Of a DNA stretch of 64,000 nucleotides, positions 55,175 through 64,000 are shown piece by piece (position 1 is the first letter of the stretch; the number at the start of each line of letters is the position of its first letter). Position numbers and translations under genes: made by a program. This stretch comes from Escherichia phage Lindwurm, in the sequence record NC_134264.1; one strand, written 5' to 3'. The notes under the pieces are model-generated. The model was not told the origin of the DNA. It saw nothing but the letters and a program-made list of their open reading frames with translations, and ran no database searches.

Positions 55175-55222
55175 TAGTTATTATTTACTGTAGTTATTAT
55201 TTATTATAATTATTATTTCTCA
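55175..55222 (+). repeat. three tandem 16-bp AT-rich iterons
   Basis: TAGTTATTATTTACTG / TAGTTATTATTTATTA / TAATTATTATTTCTCA. Confidence 0.65.
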
Positions 55223-55416
55223 TTAATTTATAGGTATATTATATATCATTAAATAGTTAGCTGGCTAATGAGATTTTCCGTGATTAATAGTCTGCTAATA
55301 ATTTAATCCGGTACAATCCACCAGCATGATTATCATCCTAGCAATTATTAGTCTGCTATCTTTCCGATACACACTAACAAATAAAAGTCAATTAATTTAT
55401 TTCATAAAATAAGTAG

Positions 55417-55502
55417 TTATCCACTGGAAAACAAAAGTCAAGTGGATAACTAGGAAAATTTCATTTTTGCTTTTGGGGATAAGTTATCAACAAGGCTAGA
55501 AT
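55417..55502. promoter_or_regulatory. additional imperfect DnaA boxes
   Basis: TTATCCACt at 55417, AGTGGATAA at 55441, TTATCAACA at 55494. Confidence 0.45.
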
Positions 55503-55895
55503 GCGCCTAAAACGCTCCAGAACGCGATAAAGTTTTTAGCCATCCCATCATAAGGGGATAAGCCGTTTATCGCTACCACGAGCTTTTTAGATTTTGTCAA
55601 GTAGGGCAAAGCAAATATAAATGAAAAAATTACTTGCCTATATGCTATGTTTTGTGGTATTCGCGCGCCCGTTTCTTTTAATTTTAGGCCGTCGCCGGAC
55701 GTGGTGCGGTGGATCGTGTCTTTACGTTTCTTTACAAAAATAAGGTTGCGCCATTTTTAGTATTTGCTATTATTTATCTCGTAGGGCGGCAATGACGAAC
55801 TACACGGCGGGAAGTTTACCGCCACGCTCTTTAAAAATTGGGTATATCTTAAAGCCTATCGGCGGTAAACTTATACATTATAAGGAATCGACGAT

Positions 55896-56099
55896 ATGAA
55901 ACAAACGCTTTTGATCACTGGCAAGCCTAGCAAGGCACTAGATAGCAAAACAAAAAATTTGTTGACAGTAGCGCAAAGATCGGTAAAATATCGATTTAAG
56001 CAATACAAGAAAGGCCGCCAGCAAGGTCTAGAAATGATCTGGCGAAACATTATGATTGACTTGAAAGAAAATCATAAAAAATCTCAAAAAATTGTTTGA
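55896..56099 (+). CDS. small basic hypothetical protein
   Basis: 67-aa ORF with AAGGAA RBS. Confidence 0.4.
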   Translation: MKQTLLITGKPSKALDSKTKNLLTVAQRSVKYRFKQYKKGRQQGLEMIWRNIMIDLKENHKKSQKIV

Positions 56100-56326
56100 C
56101 ACCCTAGCCGATAGGCTTTAAGATGTACCCAGTTCGATAAGAGCGATAACTTGATAAAATTTGACGGTCGGTGCTTACCATAATGCATCCCGCCCCCTAA
56201 CTGGGATATAGCGGCCTACGTGGAGTTCTTTAAATTGGTTAAACTGGCGAGCGGATTGTTACTTATTACCTGCTACTTTCTAGCAGGTAATGCGGAACAA
56301 TCCCCAAATAACTAGGAGTTTATACT

Positions 56327-56578
56327 ATGCAAAACGTTATTACCGCGCCGAAAGTTGGTCAATCCGTCTTCATTCCTTTCGTTACTAAAACGGATGAATT
56401 AACCGGAAAAGCCGAACGTATTAAAGGTGCGGCGCTTATGCCGTTCGATACAATCGACGCGGTATATGCTGAAAATGAACGCAGTAACAACGGCAAGCCG
56501 ATTTATAACGTTCGCGTTAAATCCGGCGACGTTGTAAAGGTTGTTCAACGCAACGAAAAATGGGAAGCTGTATTGTAA
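56327..56578 (+). CDS. hypothetical protein
   Basis: 83-aa ORF with TAGGAGTTTATACT RBS context. Confidence 0.5.
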   Translation: MQNVITAPKVGQSVFIPFVTKTDELTGKAERIKGAALMPFDTIDAVYAENERSNNGKPIYNVRVKSGDVVKVVQRNEKWEAVL

Positions 56579-56679
56579 TGTAGTGTTAACTTTATATTCC
56601 CCTGAAATATGGGGAATATATGGATTAACATTTAGTTAATCATTAAATCCCTTAAATTAAACTAATAGGAGTTTTTACC

Positions 56680-57087
56680 ATGACTAACGCTAAAACCGCA
56701 AAATTTGCATGGAATGAAGAAAATACCCAAAAAGCTGTTTCTATGTACCAGCAGTTAATCAATGAAAACGGTTTAGATTTTGCAAATAGCGACGGCTTAA
56801 AAGAGATTGCGAAAGCAGTAGGCGCGGCTTCTCCCGTATCCGTTCGGTCAAAATTGACCAGTGCAAAAGCCTATCAAAAAAGCGATAAGCCGCGCAAAGT
56901 TGGCGGCGGTAGTTCTATTCGTAAGGCTCACTATGTGCGCGTTATTGCAAAACACGCTATCGATTCCGGCATTATCAAAGACGCCGATGATCTGGCAAGC
57001 CTTGAAAGTGCTAAACTTGAAACGCTGGACGCCGTAGCGCAACTGTTAGGCGTTGCCGATGAAGTGAAACAGGCCGCAGGGGAATAA
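56680..57087 (+). CDS. A2: A2-like pre-early DNA-binding protein
   Basis: 135 aa (size of T5 A2); sits immediately upstream of A1-like gene. Confidence 0.5.
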   Translation: MTNAKTAKFAWNEENTQKAVSMYQQLINENGLDFANSDGLKEIAKAVGAASPVSVRSKLTSAKAYQKSDKPRKVGGGSSIRKAHYVRVIAKHAIDSGIIKDADDLASLESAKLETLDAVAQLLGVADEVKQAAGE

Positions 57088-57465
57088 TAGTTATATCTTG
57101 CCCCCTTCTAGTTAGGGGGCAATAATATAACTGTTTAGCGATAGTTATTTTCTTCCCTTAAATCAGGAGTTTTAAAAATGATTTTCTTCCCTACTGAATC
57201 CTTAATTCTAGGCTTATTTATTATGGCGGCCTCGTTATTGTTCTCTTATTTTCAAAATGATTTAGATTCATATTATTTTAAACGTAAATCTAAATTAGCG
57301 AAGCGTTTAGGTCTGATTTGTTTTATTGCCGCCGTTGCTTGTGGTGTTAGTTCTAGCCTAGTGCCTTTAAATTAATGTTGCAAATTATAACGCCTATTAT
57401 TCGAGGCGTTATATTTGGCAATATTGCCGTTATTAACCTAATCCCTTTAATGGAGTTTTATTACT

Positions 57466-59136
57466 ATGATTATTTCCGCAGAAAAACAAACCGTTATCCT
57501 GAAAATGGCCGCTGATTTCAATTTCTACGGTAAACGCCTGCGCGCCACTAAATTGGAAGTTTGTGACGATATTTCGAAAGCGGTATACGATACTACTAAA
57601 CACTCCACCGCTATCTGCGACTGGCTGGAAGCAAATAAACCAGCGAAACCAAAAGTAGCAAAAGTAGCAAAAGCCATTAAAAACGATGAGCGCCCCGAAG
57701 CGGCTGGGATTGTTTCTAGTACCGTGGAACAGTGGGAAGTAAAACAAGGTAAACGTTTTATTATTACGTCGATTCAGAATAATACTTTCCCGCATAAAAA
57801 CTTTTTAGCCTCACTGGAGCAATTTGCTAAATATATCGGCGCTGATTTGCTTGTTTCTAAGTATATTTATAATAAAAACGGCTTTCAAAATGGGGAAGGT
57901 GCCGACGGAATCATATTTGATTCCGTGTTTGATAAATATATTTGCAGCAAAAACGTGTTTTTGAATAACCGCCGTTTCGCTTTCATGGCTGAAATTAATG
58001 TTTTGCCCACCGCAGATTATCCGCTTTCAGGATTCGCAGAAACTGCAACGGCTTTAAATATTGAGGGGCTGGCAATTGGTCACGCTAAAATTACCGCTGA
58101 AAGCGTGCCAGCTTTAAAAGGTGAAGTAGTGCGCCGTATGTATTCAACCGGAACGGCAACACTCAAAAACTACATTCAGCAGAAAGCAGGACAGAAAGCG
58201 GAAGCACTTCATAATTTTGGTGCGCTGATTGTCGAGTTTGACGATGATGGTGAGTTTTTTGTTCGCCAGCTTGAAACAATGGACGAAAGCGGCATGTTTT
58301 ACGATTTGAATATTTGCGCCACTCCTTCAGGATGTTTTGAAACGTCGGGGCATGTTTTAGGCTTGCAGTATGGCGATATTCATGCAGAAAAACTAGATGA
58401 GGCTTGCGCTCAAGCGTCTTGGGGTCATGGGGATACTTATGGGCTTGTGGATATTCTCAAACCAAAATATCAGTTTGTACATGATGTGCATGATTTTACA
58501 TCCCGCAATCACCATAACCGCGCATCCGGTGTATTCCTAGCGAAACAGTATGCCGCCGGACGTGATAAGGTTATTGATGATCTTATCGATACGGGTCGCG
58601 TGCTGGAATCGATGGAACGTGATTTTAGTCAAACGATCATTGTCGAATCGAATCACGATTTGGCGCTATCCCGTTGGCTTGATGATCGTAATGCTAACAT
58701 TAAGGACGATCCCGCAAACGCGGAACTATATCACCGCCTGAATGCGGCTATTTACGCGGCAATCGGTGAACACGACGAAACGTTTAACGTGCTAGATTAT
58801 GCGCTGCGCAAGGTTGCAGGTTGTGAATTTAACGCCATTTTCCTGACAACTGACCAATCGTTTAAAATTGCAGGCATTGAATGCGGCGTACACGGTCACA
58901 ACGGCATTAACGGCAGTCGTGGCAATCCTAAGCAGTTTAAGAAACTGGGTAAATTGAACACGGGGCACACCCATACCGCTAGCATTTATGGCGGCGTATA
59001 TACCGCTGGCGTAGCTGGTAGTCTGGATATGGGTTACAACGTTGGCGCGTCAAGCTGGACGCAGACGCATTTAATTACCTATGCAAACGGTCAGCGCACT
59101 TTGATTGACTTTAAGAATGGTAAATTCTTTGCGTAA
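57466..59136 (+). CDS. A1: A1-like pre-early protein with metallophosphoesterase motifs
   Basis: 556 aa (size of T5 A1); GDIH and VHDVHD blocks. Confidence 0.65.
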   Translation: MIISAEKQTVILKMAADFNFYGKRLRATKLEVCDDISKAVYDTTKHSTAICDWLEANKPAKPKVAKVAKAIKNDERPEAAGIVSSTVEQWEVKQGKRFIITSIQNNTFPHKNFLASLEQFAKYIGADLLVSKYIYNKNGFQNGEGADGIIFDSVFDKYICSKNVFLNNRRFAFMAEINVLPTADYPLSGFAETATALNIEGLAIGHAKITAESVPALKGEVVRRMYSTGTATLKNYIQQKAGQKAEALHNFGALIVEFDDDGEFFVRQLETMDESGMFYDLNICATPSGCFETSGHVLGLQYGDIHAEKLDEACAQASWGHGDTYGLVDILKPKYQFVHDVHDFTSRNHHNRASGVFLAKQYAAGRDKVIDDLIDTGRVLESMERDFSQTIIVESNHDLALSRWLDDRNANIKDDPANAELYHRLNAAIYAAIGEHDETFNVLDYALRKVAGCEFNAIFLTTDQSFKIAGIECGVHGHNGINGSRGNPKQFKKLGKLNTGHTHTASIYGGVYTAGVAGSLDMGYNVGASSWTQTHLITYANGQRTLIDFKNGKFFA

Positions 59137-59203
59137 TTAAATTGATAAGCTGGGAATATTCCCAGCTTAAATACCTTATTAAATTAATTGGAGTTTTATA
59201 GAT

Positions 59204-59596
59204 ATGAAAAAGCAAAATATTCCATTCGATCGCGCTCAGTCCTCAATTGTTCTAGTTTATTCTAATGGCGAACGTTACCACGTCGAGGCGGGGCACGTTA
59301 TTGATGAATTATTAGATTTCAATGATGCGATGCAGGTTACAACATTTGCATATATGCAGGGCAAACTAACCAGCCATATTAAAGCAAAAGGCGTTTATGT
59401 TGACACGATGAAACAAGAAACAATCATTATTGACGCAGTAAAATCCGGCCTAGCCTTTGCAGTTGTCGCGCCTTGCCCCGCTTGCCTTGATGATCAATTG
59501 ATTTCTGCAAAAGTATATACTTGTGCGGGGATTCGTTCCAGCGTATCCGGCGAAGATATTAGTTTTATCGCTGATGCGTTGGCTTATGGTCTTTAA
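59204..59596 (+). CDS. hypothetical protein
   Basis: 130-aa ORF with TTGGAGTTTTA RBS context. Confidence 0.5.
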   Translation: MKKQNIPFDRAQSSIVLVYSNGERYHVEAGHVIDELLDFNDAMQVTTFAYMQGKLTSHIKAKGVYVDTMKQETIIIDAVKSGLAFAVVAPCPACLDDQLISAKVYTCAGIRSSVSGEDISFIADALAYGL

Positions 59597-59676
59597 TAGT
59601 TGATTTATTATTACCCGCTTATAAATAGCGGGTAATGCTGGATAAACTAAATCCCTTTAATGGAGAACGTAACAAA

Positions 59677-60411
59677 ATGAATCAAGTTAAAACGAATATT
59701 ACCCGTAATTTCCCGCATATTTCCCGCGTCATGATTTGGGATCTGGACGGCACTATCATTAATTCTTTCCATCGTGTAGCGCCTTGCTTTGATAGCGAGG
59801 GCAATTTAGATTTAAATAAGTATAAAAATGAGGCTTGCAAACATCATTTAATAATGCAAGATACCTTATTGCCATTAGTTGAATATATGCGCCAGTGCAT
59901 GAATGATGCAAATACTTTAAACGTTATTTGTACCGCTCGACTGATGAGCAAGTCAGACTATTATTTCTTGCGCAAACAAGGCTTGCGCGGTCGTGATAAA
60001 AGCAATATCCGTGTATTTTCCCGCGATACACTACACAAGTATTTTGAGGCTGATAAAGTTAGCGAGATATACCACAGCAAAGACGCAGTATACAAATCTT
60101 ATTATTTTGAATTATTTAAACAGCTATATCCGAACGCTGATTTCACAATGATTGATGATCATAAAGGTGTGCTATCAGCGGCGGCGTCATACGGATTTAA
60201 AACGCTGGACGCACAAGCCGTTAACGATATTCTATCAATCGGCGTGGCATTGATAGGCGGAACCTTTATTGATGAATCTCTCGATGATGATAATGATTAT
60301 CAGTTCCTAGCTGACCGATTGAAATTATGTTGGGAAAGTATGACCGAGGAAGAACGCGCAGAATATAGTTGCAGCCCTCAACAATATATTGAGAAATTAA
60401 AAGTTGCGTAA
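59677..60411 (+). CDS. dmp: HAD-family 5'-deoxynucleotidase (Dmp-like)
   Basis: 244 aa from ATG 59677; WDLDGTII HAD motif; RBS context AATCCCTTTAATGGAG shared with A1. Confidence 0.6.
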   Translation: MNQVKTNITRNFPHISRVMIWDLDGTIINSFHRVAPCFDSEGNLDLNKYKNEACKHHLIMQDTLLPLVEYMRQCMNDANTLNVICTARLMSKSDYYFLRKQGLRGRDKSNIRVFSRDTLHKYFEADKVSEIYHSKDAVYKSYYFELFKQLYPNADFTMIDDHKGVLSAAASYGFKTLDAQAVNDILSIGVALIGGTFIDESLDDDNDYQFLADRLKLCWESMTEEERAEYSCSPQQYIEKLKVA

Positions 60412-60568
60412 TAATTAAAGTTGAAATAGTCACGGTGTGTAATGATAACATGCCGTGACTATTAGCTTGCTAAGTACCGGGCGGTAATGAGACTCATTCT
60501 CATCTGGGAGGCCACTGGACACACCTCCATGTGTAATCTTATGAAATTTGGCAAAAGTCAAATTAGCG

Positions 60569-60778
60569 CTATTTACGGACTGACTGCCTGAGAATGGACT
60601 GCCATAGAGGGTCAGTCTTAACAAGATTATTGATGTACTCAATAGCTTCATCAAATCTCATAAATCCTTCTGGGATTTCCGAAGACTTAGGAAAAACTGA
60701 GAGCATCTCCTGGGTGAGACCTCTCTTTTCAATTTCTTCCTTAGTTAATTTAAACTGCTCATAGTTATTCTTCACCAC
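60569..60778 (-). CDS. hypothetical protein
   Basis: 69-aa ORF. Confidence 0.4.
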   Translation of the reverse strand: MVKNNYEQFKLTKEEIEKRGLTQEMLSVFPKSSEIPEGFMRFDEAIEYINNLVKTDPLWQSILRQSVRK

Positions 60779-60989
60779 TCACCTTAGCCCGAAATCTCTT
60801 CCGCGACGCCCGAGATCCATCCGACCACTCCCGCTCAAACTCCGCACGTTTCTCGTCAAACTTCCGCTCCCTTTCCGCAATCTCCCGCGTCACCCCCGCA
60901 ATATATTCCCGATGCTTGTTAATTGCCGCAGTCGTCCCGAAAACTCCCGCGAGTATCCCGATAATAAAAGCAATTATAATACTAAACAT
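60765..60989 (-). CDS. small membrane protein
   Basis: 74 aa, N-terminal TM helix. Confidence 0.4.
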   Translation of the reverse strand: MFSIIIAFIIGILAGVFGTTAAINKHREYIAGVTREIAERERKFDEKRAEFEREWSDGSRASRKRFRAKVSGEE

Positions 60990-61398
60990 TATTTATATTC
61001 CCGCAACTTACGTTCAATACGAGCTAAGTGGTTATCCAAGACACACTGCCCTAGAATTACCACAACTAATAAAACAATAATTATTACTCCCATTAAATCC
61101 ACCCCGCCATAGCTGCTAACCAAAAACCTACGAAGATTAGGAATAATACAAAACCAAATCCGTAAATATTAATCCACGCTTCGTACACTTCTCCGCGTCT
61201 GTTCTTTCTTTTATTTGACATATCTTTCGTGCCCCCGTAAATGTGGTATTTTAAAATATTTTATAATTTGTGCATAACCAACCATGCTTGTGACTTCCTA
61301 GAAGGACTTCTACTTTTCTTACATAGTGGTTTCTGCCAATATACCATCCAAGAAATAAAAAATTTAGTTTACTTGGATGTCTTTTTGCTTTATACTAA

Positions 61399-61665
61399 TT
61401 ACAGGTAGTTAGATTGCTCTAGTTTAAATTTACAATCACCATATTTAAGGTCAAACTGACTGAGATCCCACCACCCAAACTTAGTACGGAGCTGTACTAC
61501 TGGGAAGCGATCTCCCTTAATACGAACTTTTTGAACCTTGAGACCGTAATGTTCTTCTCCCGCACCACCAAAAGATTTTACAAATCCCGTGCAAAATGGT
61601 TTGGGAGCAGGTGCACAACCAGATAACATAACTGCGGCAACTAGTGCAATAACAAACTTTTTCAT
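61399..61665 (-). CDS. llp: lipoprotein (Llp-like receptor-blocking lipoprotein)
   Basis: Lipobox MKKFVIALVAAVMLSGC; divergent from and adjacent to receptor-binding protein gene. Confidence 0.55.
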   Translation of the reverse strand: MKKFVIALVAAVMLSGCAPAPKPFCTGFVKSFGGAGEEHYGLKVQKVRIKGDRFPVVQLRTKFGWWDLSQFDLKYGDCKFKLEQSNYL

Positions 61666-61750
61666 ATTTATCTCTCCATTTCTAATTTATGAATCTATTA
61701 TAGCAAAATAGAGGGATGAAAGCAAATACATTTTTATAATAGGAGATTAT

Positions 61751-63508
61751 ATGGGTTTTTTCGCTGGAAAATATAGCGATGGTAAGACCGTACTATCTTT
61801 AAATACTGAATCTGGTGGTGACATTAATCGTCACTATAGTCCAAATAATAATAGTATTTTTCATAGTGATATGCCATTTGTCCTAGTTGATGGTACTTAT
61901 GAGGCTGGGTTAGGCGATGCCGGAAATGGGTTTTTTGTATGTCAGATGCCCTCTGACATAATAAATATTAAATCTAATGACCCAGGTAGAGTTATACTAA
62001 CTGCCATTGAGATTAATGGTACTCATAGGGCTTTTCTTAATGGTACTCAGAGTAAGGTGGGTCAAACTATAGTTGCCACTCAAGCAGACCCCTTTAGATC
62101 TTTTGCTAGCGTTTCCCAGACTAGTGGATTTGCATTTGGTAATAGCCTGGCATCTGGAACATATAACTATAACTCATCTATAGGTCATGAAGAATCTATC
62201 TCTAGAAACGGTACTGGTGGAACCACCCTACATAGCACTTATCATGGTATAGTTAGGCCAGGTGCAGGAGCTCCAGTAGGTATTACTGTTGCAGAAGCTT
62301 TTGCACAGCTGGGTTTTCCTACTAATAGTAGTACAGTACCCATAGATGGTAATAACCAATATTACTGGGACCCAGGATGGATGTCTCCTTTAGGATCAGC
62401 ATACAGAGGACACGATTGGTTTTATGTTTGTAGCTCTAACATACGTGGGTATGGTGGAGTAAGACAAGGTCTTCCTGGTAATGTAAACACTATGTATCAT
62501 GATGGGGGTAATAGATTTGTTTGTAGGGGTTCTACAACCAATTTAGCTAATCAATCTGGTAATGCTACAATATTACAGGATTGGTATAACATAACTCCTA
62601 CTAAGGTTATTTGGTACGTTTTGAATTTAAGATATTCTAATGGTAATATGGGTATCTCTGGTAATCCTTTTACTGGTTCAGATATTCTTATCTCTCCCTC
62701 TAATTTTACTATAAAAGGGGTTAGTCTTCCTAATACTGGGTATAAGTTTATTAACCAGAATGCTTTTGGTAACTTAGGTTATAGGCCAGATATGGAATAC
62801 GTCGGAAATAACGCAGCGTACACTGGAGCCTTCGGAGATACCACTGCAAGGTGTGAACTTGTAGGCTCTAGTAATGGAAGTTTATGGTCTCCTGTAGACT
62901 ATGGAGGGGCTAAGTCTCAAATTAGTATTTACAAATTCGGAGCAGGTAAGCAATGGTACGTAAACTCAAGTAATAACACTATTGGTAACGAACATGGTAT
63001 TGTTTGGGGGCCTTCTTCAGTTCCTCTGAGACTTTTTAGTGGAAATGTTGGTAGTTCTTACATGGGGGATGATATTACTCCTTACTATCCAGGAACTGGA
63101 GATAGATATGTGGCTTTATCTACTATTGGACTAGGAATTCCAGGAGGTAATGCTACCATTATTCTTACTACTGAAGTTATATCTGGTAATCTTAATTGTG
63201 CTGGTGTTCCAGCTAATACATGGAATAACGGTGTATTTCAGGTGCAGGGAAGAAGGGCTTATATCTATAGTAATGGAGATGCAATATTCCACCAGATTTT
63301 AACATTACCTGTAGGTTACTTAGTACCCTTTCATACTACATCTGCATTTAGATACACACCTAATAATGCACTAAGTAGAAATAGTTTCATATATACAGTT
63401 AAAAATCTAGGAAATGGAAATGTAGAGTTAGGGGTAGTTATGCACGTAAGTTTAGGTAGTGCAGTTTTCCTACCTAGATTAAGAGTAACAGTTCAACGCC
63501 TTACCTAA
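61751..63508 (+). CDS. oad: receptor-binding tail protein (pb5/Oad-like)
   Basis: 585-aa Gly/Asn/Ser/Thr-rich protein next to divergent lipoprotein gene; AGGAGA RBS. Confidence 0.5.
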
Positions 63509-63518
63509 AGGAGGAAAT

Positions 63519-64000
63519 ATGGCAAATGATGTATTAGTACCAGATCTTATGTCCCCTGAAGGGATGGATGTAATTGAAGCTTATTTACAGTGTGGCAGCG
63601 ATGTGCCTTCTGCCGCACGTAGTCTTGGGATGTCCGAAATTGCCTTCCGAGATATTATGAATCGTAGTGAAGTTAAGAACTACTTAAATGATATTTTTAT
63701 GGAGAGTGGATTCCGTAACAGAGATCGTTTGTTTGGTGTTCTAGATGAAGTTATCAAGCGTAAGCTGGAGGAACTAGAAGAAACCGGCATGGGTTCTGAC
63801 CAGGATATTATGGACATTCTCTGGAAGGCACACAAGATGAAGATGGAAGAAATGAAAATGATGGTAGAACTGGAGAAAGTGAAGGCAGCAGCCCGTACTC
63901 CAGCCAATCAGACCAACATCCAGAATAATATTATTGCTGGAGCTGGGGATCAAAACTACATGGACTTAATTACTTCCCTAGCTACTGGAGGTAAGAAGTA
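63519..64000 (+). CDS. terminase small subunit-like protein, N-terminal part
   Basis: AAGGAGG RBS; HTH-like region then coiled coil; runs off window end. Confidence 0.4.

Noticed and set aside
60990-61222. Two or three very small hydrophobic minus-strand ORFs (about 34-42 aa)
   Set aside because: My hand translation did not give a consistent frame for one of them, so exact coordinates are unreliable; left uncalled.
1-64000. Integrase, repressor or other lysogeny genes, rRNA genes, transposases
   Set aside because: None seen in ORF translations or sequence; the region looks like a strictly lytic T5-like phage.

Overview
This window reads as a T5-like (Demerecviridae-type) lytic phage genome segment; all calls come from reading the sequence and ORF translations by eye, with no database search run. 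Positions 1-49,800 are an early region: a minus-strand operon with anaerobic RNR (nrdD), a Sir2-like enzyme, a HAD phosphatase and two paralogues, then plus-strand genes for PhoH, NrdA/NrdB, DHFR-like, thymidylate synthase, RNase H, a NADAR protein, a GrcA-like glycyl-radical protein, dNMP kinase, ClpP-like protease, holin, endolysin, thioredoxin-like protein, two metallophosphoesterases, HNH and GIY-YIG-like endonucleases and many small ORFs. About 25 tRNA genes and several ORF-free, promoter-driven structured segments lie at 19.6-32.5 kb. At least 27 near-identical strong promoters (AAAATTnnTTTGCTT/A, 17 bp, TATAAT) are present. Positions 49.8-51.5 kb are a 1.7 kb ORF-free repeat array, followed by a minus-strand operon of nine uncharacterised genes (51.5-54.8 kb) bracketed at both ends by LexA-box plus DnaA-box modules, one with oriC-like AT-rich iterons. 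Then come homologues of the T5 pre-early genes A2, A1 and dmp (56.7-60.4 kb), and finally an llp/oad-like lipoprotein and receptor-binding protein pair and the start of a terminase-small-subunit-like gene. The layout (early region, pre-early block, late-region start) suggests a collapsed terminal repeat in a circularly permuted assembly. The most novel candidates are the LexA/DnaA-flanked operon, the Sir2/HAD/paralogue module and two oversized tRNA-like elements.
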